Shown: positions 11,228 to 22,650, numbered from the whole stretch's first letter. The stretch is DNA of 63,656 nt, filler included, from Stramenopiles sp. TOSAG23-3 (GCA_900128585.1; 9 parts of 9 records of this genome joined end to end with filler, not necessarily neighbours in it), one strand, 5' to 3'. Notes: generated by a model not told the origin, from the letters alone. Made by a program: numbers and translations.

Positions 11228-11327
11228 NNNNNNNNNNNNNNNNNNNNNNNNNNNNNNNNNNNNNNNNNNNNTTAATTAATTAANNNNNNNNNNNNNNNNN
11301 NNNNNNNNNNNNNNNNNNNNNNNNNNN
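11228..11327. other. Artificial contig linker (N44-TTAATTAATTAA-N44)
   Basis: Six-frame stop spacer, identical at all eight junctions. Confidence 0.99.
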
Positions 11328-11557
11328 CGAAAGCTAAAGATGATTAACAAAACCAGTACGAACAAGTTAAAGAACTAAAACTCTTTATGTATATAAGAGT
11401 CTTAGTGTAAAAAACAAAATATTTTTTATATTAAAATTAAGACTCTAAGAGTAATTTACGATAAATAATTTACTAACTTGATACGTGATATTATTTAATC
11501 ACTTTTAGTTTTACACCGTATAATTTTAATTTTTTCAAAAGAGTTAAAGTTAAAACT

Positions 11558-14330
11558 TTAGAATCCCTGAATAATGCCCTCGCTCTGCAAGGAGGAAATC
11601 GCCACGTACAAGACCCACAGGAGCAGCATGATACTCGCCGATACCAATTTCGGAATCGTTGGCCCACCCAATTCCCCCCCAAAAAAAGCTCTTCTTATGT
11701 AAAAAATAACAATGCACAGGATTGCGCAAGGCAAAAATACGACCAGACTAAACCCTAAACTTCCCGCGGAAACCTTGTACTCTTCGCCCTTTGACGCATA
11801 ATATACGCTGGCGATGAGCCAAGGCAGGCCTTGGCCCAGGAATACGTTGACAGAATTGCTTCCCGTGACATTCCCAATACTAGCATCCGCGTTATCGGAA
11901 TCCTTGGCAGCCTCGTAACTAGCAAACGTATCCGGCAACGACGTTCCCAATGCCACAAACGTGATGGCAGTGACAGTTGGTGTCAGCCCCATCAGACAAC
12001 CAAACGTAGTGGCAATGTCTCCGACAAACACGGTGAGGCCACCAATCATCATCAGAGAGGATACAAAACACGCCCACCCGTTCGCGTACGACGTTGGGGG
12101 AACAAACGCGAATAGCACTTTCCACACAATGCACAGAAAGTGCATAAAAAAATCGATACCCCCCGGCTCCTCACCATTCTCACCATGCAGCGTGACAGCT
12201 TCCGCGAACTGATTTCTCCACGAAGCGGTCCCGATAGAAAGGTTTTCCAAGTGTTTTTGAAATTCTGCGGTCACGTTGTCCACTGCCTTCGCTAGCTTTA
12301 AGTCCGTCACAATAGCCAACGTCGCTTTTCGAATGGGCAAATACCTAGCCCCTGACTCAGGAAACCCGTCGATTTCAATCTCAATGGAAAAGTCTCTGCT
12401 TCCTTTGGTACTGTGGTGGTTGATAATTTTAATGGGAATCTCTGCCATCATTTCCATGTGGCCAAAGTAAACTTCCCCCACCGGCTCCATTTCGATGTCT
12501 TTGGTAAATTTGCCAGTCTCTTCCGTCACTTTGTACCGGCAAAGAACTGCCCCATCGCTTCCATTTTTACGGGTGACCTGTAGTTTGTATTCCCCACAAT
12601 TTTCTGCTACCATGAATTTGCTGTCTGAGAACCCGACCTCCCCGGGGTCGTCGTCGTTGATTATGGTGACTTCAGTCACCGACACCGAGCCGCACTTGTG
12701 TTTCGTCCCTTGCTCGCGGATGTACAGCCGGACGAAGAAGTTTTCGTCCGGTTCATACTCGTTGTCGTCAACGATTTCAATTTTTATGATTTGCTCTGTT
12801 TCGTTGGCCGTAAAGTCAAGCTGGCCGCCACTGTACGCATAATCAACCCCAGCAAGCGCAGACCCGTTACTGGTTTCGTAACAAACTTGCCCGGTACTGC
12901 TCGTGTCGCCGGTACGGACTACTTTCAAGGAGACGAACTTCTCGTTCTCAAACACGTTGTATTTGGGAGCATTCCACTCGAACAGGGAGTACCCCTCTTT
13001 CTTTGCCTTCTCACTGTCTGGGATATGCAGCGTTTTCAAGATTTGGTCACGGTCCATGTTTTCAAAGTCCAAGGGGTTGCCAGGAGTTTTTTGCTCTTTC
13101 TTTCCGCCAAGACGTTTTCCTCCCGCCATGCCTCTTGTAGCATTGATGCGGTAGTACATTCTCGACTTTGGTTTTCCGTCCACATGCCGCGCGGCGAGGT
13201 CACGGGCGAGGATCTCCGGGTTCAGTTGGGATGGGTCGCCCCCCCTCTTTTTCCATCAACTCCGCCAATTTGCGGCGCAAATCGCCCACCGTTGGCTGTT
13301 GTGTATTGTCATCGGGTTGAGCCAAGCGAAGCTGTTGCGCTTCATCGCCATCTGCCATCCCGCTGACGTACGCTGCATGCGTCGTGTTGCCGTTGCCAAT
13401 TTGTATTTTTTGGTTAGGGTTGATCGTCGCTTTCCCTCCCTTGATACACCATTTCCACTTTTGACCTTGTCCGTAGCTCAAACCGCACAATATAAACAAG
13501 AACAATACTGTAATAATTGACTCAGCGACAGTCACAACACCATCCACAAGGCAGAGATACATCCATACGTACGCCCACAAAGAGAACGACGCGGTGATGT
13601 TGAAGACTCCGATATCATCGATTCGGCGGACCTCGCCGTTTCCTATGGCAGCCACGCAGATTGCAGAGATCGCCAGCAAGTTAAACGCCGCGGAGCCCAC
13701 GATCGTGGCAGGCCCAAGCCCGTCTACGGGAGGTTTGCCCAGCTGAGTGACCGTTTCCCCTACGGCAAGCAGTATTTCCGGTGCTGAAGAGCCAAGGGCC
13801 ATCAGCGTCAAGTTGGCAACATTTTCATCCCAAATCAGCACTGTTACCTCCTTCACGGTTCCGTCCGACAGTTTTATTTTCTTAACCTTTTCTTGTGAAG
13901 TAATGACTTCGATCGCAACCATGAAACGATCGGCAATGATCGCGATACCTAGAAATGACCATGCAAGCGTCAGACCGTAGAGGATAAGTCTTCCCGGTTT
14001 TGACCACATCGATTCGGTGGGGAACCAGTTTGTTAGTACCGCTCTTTCCCCACACCTCATTGAGTCGTGTTTGTACGCCTGTATCATAACCCCTTCGGTG
14101 GTCTCGAAAATCTTGATAGGCCCGCAGCACGTCTTATTTTTCGTGCACCTTGCCACGTTGATTAAATCTGACGCTGTGGTAGTCGTTCCTACAATTGCAT
14201 TGGCAATCTGTTCTTCTTCCGGCTTACAGTCGGAACCTGCTGCAGCAGCATTTACGCAAACGCCTGCGCAAAGCGCAACTGCGACAACGGCAAGCAGTGC
14301 TCTCCGGTTTGCCCATTTTCGTACCGACAT
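11558..14330 (-). CDS. NCX: Na+/Ca2+ exchanger (NCX/SLC8 family) with two Calx-beta domains; one frameshift at the G7 run 13239-13245
   Basis: Signal peptide; alpha-1 ANLTLMALGSSAPE; KSRMYYRI; two Calx-beta repeats; alpha-2 FVALGTSLPD and NVTGSNSVN. Removing one G from the run fuses ORFs 13200..14330 and 11558..13183 via EKEGGDPSQLNPEILARDLAARHVDGKPKSR. Confidence 0.93.
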
Positions 14331-15240
14331 AGTTAGATTGTTCGGTGTTAAGAAGATCGACTGTTCCCAAAATATTTATTTTGTTGGTAGTCCTTCTTCT
14401 AGAATCCTTTACGCAGACTTTACTTTAACCTTTCAGTTTGAAAAGATGGAATTGGAATTACTTGGACAAGTAAGTAGGAACAATGGTGAGTTAGGCAGTA
14501 GAAAAAAAAGAAGAAGAAAACTTCCTTTCTTTCTTTCTTTCTTCTTTCTTCTTGTTTTGTTGTTGGTTGTTGGGCAGGTGAGGTGGTACAGTTGATAGGC
14601 TAGCAGTACACAATGAATGAATGATATAGAAATAGAATGAAAGAGCACAGTTGGTCGTTTTTTGGCTAACGAACGTAACAGCATCTTGTCTTCTTTCATT
14701 GCGATTACAAGGACATAGTATTACATTAGAGAACAAACAAAAACTATCATTTGTCAACGGCCTTCTTTAATATTGGAATAGCAACGCTACACTATGTTAA
14801 AAGTGCCCCCGATTGTTTGGCCAGTTCGAACGGACATAATAATTATTTTTTTCATTGATTATTTATCGTATTGTCGTCCGTCCCCGTAGATAGAAATATC
14901 AAGGAACAATGCACTGCATTGTAAATAACAGATATTTATTTTTTAGACCGCCCACATTTGTGACAGGCCTCGTATTGTCGCCTGGGTCGTAAGTACCGAA
15001 ATGGTAGTTGGCCCAACCTCACTTTTCTTCTGCCCCATCGTCTACATTGCGCTGCTGCTAGTCGTCCAGAATTTTTGTTTTATGTACAGTTGAACAGATA
15101 TCTATAGGAATAGGGTTGGCGGCGACAAGACAACTCCTCCGAAGAAGAAAACTTTATTAAAATTCCGTAATTAAAATCGCATCGTTTTTATAGTTTATTA
15201 AATATTACTTATGATGGGGGAACTAACCTGCAACCTGCAC

Positions 15241-15306
15241 AGAGCTCAGAGCTGAGAGCTGAGAGCTGAGAGCTGAAACTGAGCTGAGCAGCTTGAGAGC
15301 GAGCTG
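15241..15306. repeat. Heptamer tandem repeat (GAGAGCT)n, degenerate
   Basis: agagctc agagctg agagctg agagctg agagctg followed by decayed units. Confidence 0.85.
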
Positions 15307-15649
15307 AACAAATAACAACAATAATAAAAGAAGAAAGAAACGGACTTCGGCGTATTTTTAATCCATATTTTATAATTATTATATTTTTTTTTTGTACTTT
15401 TTTTTGGCGGCTTCTTAGCTCTTCTTAGCTAGCGGAAGAATCTTTTAATTAAAGTTAGGGATAGGGTTAGTATTATTAAAACAGTCGTCCACTTAGACCA
15501 CCGCACATCATCAGCAAATATATTTTTATCGAATGAAATATTTCTCGTGACTGTGTCGAGTGTTCGTTAGTAATTGGAAATGATGTCTTTTTTCAAAAGA
15601 TATACTAGTAAAATTATATAATAACATATTAAGTACATTTTCAAATCAC

Positions 15650-17185
15650 TCATAGACAAACGTACCCCTTAACTTTGTCGCGACCCAAGGAGCTATGGTC
15701 TACTTTAACGAGGAGGTTTTCGTTGACCGAGGTACTGTACGAGTACATTTCCTCCTGCCCATCGCGCGCAATCTGCACATCCACCGTAGCAGTATAGCAG
15801 GGGCGAGAGGTGCATTGCTTTGTTAGATGCGTTGCATTTGCGGTTACGTTAAAACTTGTGTTAACAAATACATCATCCCTGGCCTCCAACAATTTTAGAT
15901 CGTCCAAGTTGCACGACGGCAGACTGCAGTACTTTTCCGACAACAGCTCTGTCAAGGTATCAGCAAACGACGCTTTCAGTGCAAAGAATTCTTTTTGTGC
16001 GGAATGAATGACCTTGACTGCGTGGCGGCCAACGAATTCAATGTTCTTGCAGGGCTTGGTCTTTTCTTGAAACATTCCATTGTCCACAAATTCAACAATG
16101 GCCCATTCCTGGGGCCTATGCATGTATGCGTTTGCTGGCCCTAAATCTTGAAACACCCACTCCCAATAACAACCATATACTGGGTCGGAACCCAGCAACG
16201 TCGGATTTTCCCGCTGCAATATTACGCATTCCGTCCCGTTTGGGTTCTTCAACGCGGCGGTGAAACCGGATAAGTTGGAACAATTGAGGGGGCAGTACTT
16301 TGAGAATTGGTCCCTGTACGTGTACCTTCTCGGGTGTTCTGCTCTCGCAAAATCAATCCACCAATACCGAGGAAGATTTGGGGCATCTATGTTGGGCAGA
16401 TTAGGGTCGTACTTTGAGTAGCTGTTGCTTGCACTATCGGTGTCCAGTAAACCACCATGAGACGCACCGGGATCTTTGCTCTGCCGAATTGGGAACGCAA
16501 TTTCAACAGACCAAAAGTTACCGCCAAGGTACTTTGAGAACGTTCCTGGAGGAGCATAGGTAGCCGTTCTTAACCCTGAGCCATTTGAGCCTCTCATAGT
16601 CCAATTGCCAGCATACCCAGGGAAAGACGTGTTCACACAGACGGGCAAGTACGGCGCGTCTCGCCCAGCGGATTTGTCGCATGACAGGCCGTCGCCGTCT
16701 GGAACTCCCCAGTTGACGTCGTACGTCGAATTTAGAAAATTCATTTCATACTCTTTGTAATACTCTGTTGTTCCACTAACGTCAATAAACACTTCAAAAT
16801 CATTATCGTGGTATGGGGCTACCTTGTTGTGCCCCGTTATTGTTCCATATACAAAAGGTTCATTAACAACTGCGCCAACGTAGAGAAAGCCCGAATCCCA
16901 CCGAAGTCCGACCTTACTCTGGAACTCGATGGGTACCGTGTTTTCCGCAGTGCTGTTGTGTTTCGTTATGTCAACAAAACTGTTGTTGTACCAAGAGCAA
17001 AAGTCATCCCCCCAGGCCGGATCATCCAATTTCCCATCAATTTTAATTTTTTTGCCCAACTTTAGTTTGTTTGCTAGTAAATGTTTTGGGTAGTAGCTTC
17101 CAAACGGCAGCGCACTCTCTGTCCCCACAAGCCAGAGGGCGAGCAATAGGGCGAGAAAGACCCGGCACCCGCCTGTGCCCAACAT
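15650..17185 (-). CDS. Secreted protein with a CBM9-like (DOMON-like) carbohydrate-binding domain
   Basis: Signal peptide; IKIDGKLDDPAW, RWDSGFLYVG, DNDFEVFID, YKEYEMN, WSVEIAFP and MHRPQEW motifs typical of CBM9-like proteins. Confidence 0.85.
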   Translation of the reverse strand: MLGTGGCRVFLALLLALWLVGTESALPFGSYYPKHLLANKLKLGKKIKIDGKLDDPAWGDDFCSWYNNSFVDITKHNSTAENTVPIEFQSKVGLRWDSGFLYVGAVVNEPFVYGTITGHNKVAPYHDNDFEVFIDVSGTTEYYKEYEMNFLNSTYDVNWGVPDGDGLSCDKSAGRDAPYLPVCVNTSFPGYAGNWTMRGSNGSGLRTATYAPPGTFSKYLGGNFWSVEIAFPIRQSKDPGASHGGLLDTDSASNSYSKYDPNLPNIDAPNLPRYWWIDFARAEHPRRYTYRDQFSKYCPLNCSNLSGFTAALKNPNGTECVILQRENPTLLGSDPVYGCYWEWVFQDLGPANAYMHRPQEWAIVEFVDNGMFQEKTKPCKNIEFVGRHAVKVIHSAQKEFFALKASFADTLTELLSEKYCSLPSCNLDDLKLLEARDDVFVNTSFNVTANATHLTKQCTSRPCYTATVDVQIARDGQEEMYSYSTSVNENLLVKVDHSSLGRDKVKGYVCL

Positions 17186-17939
17186 CTTAGTTCAACCCAG
17201 GTTCAGAGAAACGATATAAAAACTGCTCTTATAGGTTAAATTCTTTGCATTATTTAAAACCATAAAAAAAACAGATACTTGCATGCTATTCTTTAAATCG
17301 TCTTTGTGTGCCTGATTGTTAACTATTAACTTGTTAATTAAAAATTGGCCTACCAAGTCAGATCGATTAGAAGAAGAGAAAGAAAAAAGCGACGAGAAAA
17401 AAGAAAAGAAAAGAAGAAGAAAAAAAAAAAATAATAATAATAATAATAAAATTAAAAAAATATAATAATAGAAGGAAGAATAATAAATAAAATATATGAT
17501 GATGATATGGAGTGTAGATGATGATGTAAAGAAGAAGATGGAGAAGAAGATGGAGAGGGGGGGATGTGTAGTAGTAATTGAATAATGAATTCACTACTAC
17601 ATTTATATAGGAAGATAATAATATTTAGAATTTTTTTTCTTCTTCTTCCTCCTTCTTTCTTCTTCTTTCTTCTTGTTTCTTTTTTTTTTCTTAATAATAA
17701 AATGGACGCGCGGACAAACAAAAGACGACGGGGCGGGGATGCCTTGAGTGCGTCGTCGGGTTCCACAAAAGAAGATGTTGATTTTTATGATACTTGGGTT
17801 GATTTTGTTGTTGCGTATTTTCTTGTGTTTTTGGCCTTAAATTATGCGAGAATGTTTGATAGTAATCACTCACAAACTAGTGAACCCACTGTCATAGTTT
17901 GCCTCTGTTTGTCGTTTCGAAGAAGTATTGGTTCGTAGG

Positions 17940-18623
17940 ATGGACTCCCTTCTACGGGACCCAAACAAGAAGGCGTTTTCCCTGACTTACGTTGTGTACG
18001 ATGAAGGTGACGTTGTCGGCATGCTTCTTGCTTTGTTTACACTTTTGCCGATATTCGCCGTGGTCATGTACGTAACATTAATAGTGAGGACACGGAGCTT
18101 GCACACCTTATATGCTTTCGTTGGGCAAATGTTAAACGAAGGGGCAAATTTTCTTCTGAAGCATTTTTTTGCTGAAAAAAGGCCTGCGGGGAGTGACCGA
18201 GACGACCCTGGAATGCCTTCAAACCACTCTCAATTTGTTTTCTTTTTCTGCGCTTATTGGATTTTTTACTACACCCATCTTTATCGCAAACGAAAGGGGG
18301 AGTGGACAGCGCGGCAGAAGATTGAGGCAGCGGTAGGGTTAGCGAGCGTTTTTTTGGCATGCACGCTTACGTGTGTTTCTCGCCTATATCTAGGTTACCA
18401 CACTGTCGCGCAGGTCCTTGTTGGTATTGGTTTTGGCTGTCTTTTTGGTGGATCGTGGTTTCTTTTCTCACAAACATCAATCACAAAAAAAGTCCTGGAA
18501 GATTTTGCCGCGACTTCAGTAGCAAAGTTGTTTTACATACGAAACACTCACGAGGTGGATATCAGGGGAGGAAACACTCAGTTTGAATTTGACAACTTGG
18601 GCAGAATGCTGAAAAGGCAGTAA
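17940..18623 (+). CDS. DOLPP1: Dolichyldiphosphatase (PAP2 family)
   Basis: FSLTYVVY near the N-terminus; PAP2 motifs K......RP, GMPSNHSQ and SRLYLGYHTVAQV; several TM helices. Confidence 0.92.
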   Translation: MDSLLRDPNKKAFSLTYVVYDEGDVVGMLLALFTLLPIFAVVMYVTLIVRTRSLHTLYAFVGQMLNEGANFLLKHFFAEKRPAGSDRDDPGMPSNHSQFVFFFCAYWIFYYTHLYRKRKGEWTARQKIEAAVGLASVFLACTLTCVSRLYLGYHTVAQVLVGIGFGCLFGGSWFLFSQTSITKKVLEDFAATSVAKLFYIRNTHEVDIRGGNTQFEFDNLGRMLKRQ

Positions 18624-18816
18624 TTTAGTAAAATCATACTATCATAATTAAAATGCACATGTACTAAGAAGTAGTATGTTTAAAGTAAAAGACACACTTC
18701 AAAAGAAGGAGAAAAAGGCAAACCATTCAAGAACCAAAACTCCTCGATCTGTGTTGTAATATGTCTCTGGGGTTCTTACCCATTTAATGCATTTTTTTTT
18801 GATGGTGATTTAGTTC

Positions 18817-20994
18817 TCAGTTTTTCTTGTTCCTAACCAGCGCTCTATTTACCGACCTTGTTACGGCCATAGATGTAGTGAACCGGGTCAATGGGGACGC
18901 CCCAGCGGCATTTTGTAGCTTCAAGGCGACTTCATCCGAATACGACTCATCTGAAGAGTAATCCGACTCTGACATAGATTCCCCGTCGGTGTAGGTTTGG
19001 GAAGACTTTATAGATGGTGTTTGGTCATTACGTTTCCCTGAACCATGTCCAATTGGATTGCGAAAGGTGTTCATACCACTAAAATTTAAATTGACCTGAC
19101 GTGCGGACGTATCATCTTGTTGTTCGCCATCGCTGGACGATAACGGCCCCTCCTCCATGTTGTTTGTGCGTTGAACTTTGTTCTCTACCGTTTCTCCAAA
19201 AAACGCACTCAAATCTACGTTATGTCCGTCAGATGCATCAATAGACCTATTCGCCGTTTCGTATATTTCGCTCTCGGCCTTAGAGCTCATGTAACCATCG
19301 TACGTTTTGGCGTCAGGGTAATACTCTGTGATATCACTGCGGACGGGCAAGACAAAAGCGGAAAACACTTCGTGGCAGTTCTCGTGGGATATGTTAAAAA
19401 TTGGCTGCAGGGAGGAAATCCCTGATTTCCAATAATTATGTTTGGAAATGCTCTCAAGGGGGTTTGCTTGACTTTCGAACAAAGCACCTCTCCGCTCGGG
19501 CACTAAATCCAACAAATTTTCTATCAGAACTTGTACAAATCCATCTATTTTCCCGGGAACTGGAGGGTATTGCACGGACAATATGTTTTCGCGAATTGTG
19601 TTCAAACATTGTTCGTTGGACAAATCTATTTCTTTCGCATAGAAAGGGTAGGTACCAGAATACATTTCGTACACTAGCACGCCCAAGGACCAGAAATCGC
19701 ATTCCTTAGGCACGAAGCCGTCCCGGTACCGCCCGATCTTGGTCGATGTGTTCCAGCTTCTGTGGATCAAAAATTCGGGGGCTAAATATCGAATATCGCT
19801 TCGTTTTCCAGACTTCAAACTGATATCAAACTGATAGCCGAAGCAACCCAATTTTATATGGCCTTTAGCGTTTAAATAGATGAACTCTGGGTTGAAGGAC
19901 TTAACAACGACACGTTCGCTATGCAAGTAGGATATTGCAACTAGCAGTTGTGCGAGCAAAAACTTTCCTACTGTGCTGGTCACTTCGTTTTCGGTAATGT
20001 ACCTTTTCAGAGTCCCCCCACTCTCAAAATCAAATACCAGGTAGTGCCGGCTCATGTCGTTGAGGAGGAAATCTCCATGAAATGTCATCAAGAAGGGGTG
20101 GGAAAGCTGCCGCAAACATTTGACCTCATCCACTATCTGTTCGTTTGCTATTCTGAACGAACCGTCGATTTCAGTAAGGCCATTTGTGCTACCTGGATAG
20201 ACATTGTGCTCTTTCAGCATATATAGAGGCGAACTGTCATGCAGAACCTTCCCTCTCGTTTTTGTTACAATTGTCGTTTTCCCGTAAACGTGCTGGTTGA
20301 CAATGTAATGCGGTGTGAACGAAGAGATGGTTAACTCCTCAGCCCAAGAATTTACTGTTAACACTTTCCTTTTTTTCAATATAGCACTTCTGCGGTATGC
20401 CGAATTGTCGGAAAGTTTTCTGGCCGTGTTGTACTCACTGGTAAGGTCACGCTTGCTAAAAACATTAATGTCAATCGATTCGTTCGTTAGGTTTCGGTAG
20501 ACACACTTCACAGCCGTTATTAACTCCTCTTTTAGCTGACAGTTGAGGTAAACATCACCACCTTTTTTCTTGGGAAAGTGAATGATCAGTTCGGACGAGA
20601 CTCTTGCGGAAGAAATTTTTATAGCATGACCTATTGGCCGCGGCCTTTGCTTGTTACCGTAACGCTTCATCTTCTTCAACCGAATAATCTTTCGAAGGAT
20701 GTACACGTATTCAGTAGTAATGCATATGTACCATATTTTTGGGGTTGTTTTGCCGTTTGCCGAGACAACCTGTGTTTCCGCAGAAAACAAAATGTTTTCA
20801 CGACCAGGAAACTTCAACGGCACTTGGGCTTTACCTGCCAAGAGTTCAATGTTATCGTGGAATCGATTGTAAATATTGGTTGCCTGTGAAAACCGGTCTT
20901 TAAACGACCTGAGAGTAATTACAGTTTCTTCGTCCGATTCATCATCGCTCACTTCTTCCTCTTGAAACGCCGTAGATTTAGAACAGCAATTCAT
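18817..20994 (-). CDS. AGC-type protein kinase-like protein (probable pseudokinase) with an N-terminal PH/TH1-like domain
   Basis: Kinase fold motifs YMLK, HPFL, GHIKL, YLAPE, DFWSLGVLVYEM and PF are present. HRD is replaced by VKS and DFG by CFG. First ATG at 20994 (MNCC). Confidence 0.85.
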   Translation of the reverse strand: MNCCSKSTAFQEEEVSDDESDEETVITLRSFKDRFSQATNIYNRFHDNIELLAGKAQVPLKFPGRENILFSAETQVVSANGKTTPKIWYICITTEYVYILRKIIRLKKMKRYGNKQRPRPIGHAIKISSARVSSELIIHFPKKKGGDVYLNCQLKEELITAVKCVYRNLTNESIDINVFSKRDLTSEYNTARKLSDNSAYRRSAILKKRKVLTVNSWAEELTISSFTPHYIVNQHVYGKTTIVTKTRGKVLHDSSPLYMLKEHNVYPGSTNGLTEIDGSFRIANEQIVDEVKCLRQLSHPFLMTFHGDFLLNDMSRHYLVFDFESGGTLKRYITENEVTSTVGKFLLAQLLVAISYLHSERVVVKSFNPEFIYLNAKGHIKLGCFGYQFDISLKSGKRSDIRYLAPEFLIHRSWNTSTKIGRYRDGFVPKECDFWSLGVLVYEMYSGTYPFYAKEIDLSNEQCLNTIRENILSVQYPPVPGKIDGFVQVLIENLLDLVPERRGALFESQANPLESISKHNYWKSGISSLQPIFNISHENCHEVFSAFVLPVRSDITEYYPDAKTYDGYMSSKAESEIYETANRSIDASDGHNVDLSAFFGETVENKVQRTNNMEEGPLSSSDGEQQDDTSARQVNLNFSGMNTFRNPIGHGSGKRNDQTPSIKSSQTYTDGESMSESDYSSDESYSDEVALKLQNAAGASPLTRFTTSMAVTRSVNRALVRNKKN

Positions 20995-21754
20995 TACGCT
21001 CAAACGTCCTTCGTGCGCTTTTCTTCACACACGCAAGAGGATATCACGATTTCAGAAATGGGCGTCGTTGCAACTTGTAGAATTAATGCGCTTGATGAAA
21101 CACGACAAATCGCATGTAGGGCTTTTGAGAAAATAATATCTTTCTCCCACATACATCCATACACATTAATTTGTTTATTATTATCAAATCACTTTTTTTT
21201 TTATATTTATTTATATTATTTTATATATTTTGGTAGTAGGTGAATAATAATTAATTTTACAACAAACACAAGAGAAAAAGTTTGGCTGTGTTGTTATATA
21301 TTATTTATAGTAATTAATAAAAAATGAATAATGATATTATACCTGCTGCGAGCTGCGAACTGAACTCTTCTTTTCTAGATTTTTAGGCTGAATATTGAAT
21401 ATTATTATTAATTAATTTTTTAATAATAAAAGATGATGATGATATAATTAATAAATAATATATGTGATGAAAAAAGATCAAGAAGAAGAATTGAATGTGA
21501 TTGATGGATGGGATGGATGATTTTGAATTATATTTTTTATTAATTATAATTATTATTTTTATATATTATTATAATTCAATCAAAAGAAGAGCACCAAATA
21601 TAGAATATACAAATGTTTAAAAGTGACGATGAGGCACCAAATGAATGAAGATGATGACAGCTAATTAATATATTTGTTTCTGAAAAAATGCTACCACTAC
21701 GTAACGATTAATCTTGGGTCAATGAGAAATTAGGATTGGTGTATACATATAGTA

Positions 21755-22550
21755 ATGGGTCGCAAATATGCCAAACGGAAACGAAAGTCGAAAAATAACA
21801 CATCTCTCTGTGCGAGTTTGTTATTGCGCAGGAGCAGGTCGGAAGGTGTGTATTTGGTTGTGATCGTCGTTTTGGTGTATGGGTTAGCTACATATTTATA
21901 TCACTTTGAATCGTCATTAAAGACTTCTGAATCAAAGGCGATAACGATAGAAGTGAAGAGAAAGACTCCACGATTACGTAAAGGAAAGACCACCCACGAA
22001 CCCCCAGAGAGCAACTGGGGAAACATTGGTGCAATAGACCCTATTGTGAAGAAACGCATGAAACAGCTTCAGAATTTACAACAGGAACAGGAAAGAAATG
22101 ATTGCTTAACACGACCAACGTTCAACATGTCAAAATTTGAGCTTTCACTCTACGGTCACAAGATCGAATATATGAGTAAATCGTATGAGGTCGGAATGAA
22201 CTATTACCAGGCGGCATTGTGGGGGATGTATAGATTTAAAATTTTAAAAGCTGCAATGAGGCAACGGCAAAGAGTAGAGAAGCACCCATTAGTCTTGGTT
22301 TTAGGAAGCGGAATTGGTGTCTTTTCGTTGTTTGCGGACAGCCTTGGAGCCCGGGTGTACGCAATCTCAAAACAATTGGTGAACTGCCAATTGCATTATT
22401 TTTCAAGTAAACATAAAGACATGCTCAACGTGGAGCAAATCGAAGCATCCAACACGGAAGATCTTTGGGGGCAGCTGTATGAGGCTTTGTTTTCAACCAT
22501 TTTGCCCACCATTTCAGGGAGAGAAGTGCAGCTGTTGGAAATAAACTTGC
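21755..22550 (+). CDS. Type II membrane protein with a methyltransferase-like (FkbM-like) domain; 3'-truncated
   Basis: Basic N-terminus, single TM (VYLVVIVVLVYGLATYLY), and Rossmann-like VLVLGSGIGVFSLFADSLGARVYAI. Confidence 0.6.
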
Positions 22551-22650
22551 NNNNNNNNNNNNNNNNNNNNNNNNNNNNNNNNNNNNNNNNNNNNTTAATT
22601 AATTAANNNNNNNNNNNNNNNNNNNNNNNNNNNNNNNNNNNNNNNNNNNN
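22551..22650. other. Artificial contig linker
   Basis: N44-TTAATTAATTAA-N44. Confidence 0.99.

Noticed and set aside
12698..13366. Long antisense ORFs (also 3563..4282, 26179..26907, 14017..14595)
   Set aside because: Shadows of well-supported genes on the opposite strand, with no motifs of their own.
14945..14996. U1 snRNA-like words on the minus strand (TACTTAC, CAAATGTGGG)
   Set aside because: Too short; lacks ACCTG, the U1-70K and U1A loops, and an Sm site on that strand.
15454..15470. TTAGGG-like words (also about 29109 and 60150)
   Set aside because: Isolated one- or two-unit matches, not telomeric arrays.
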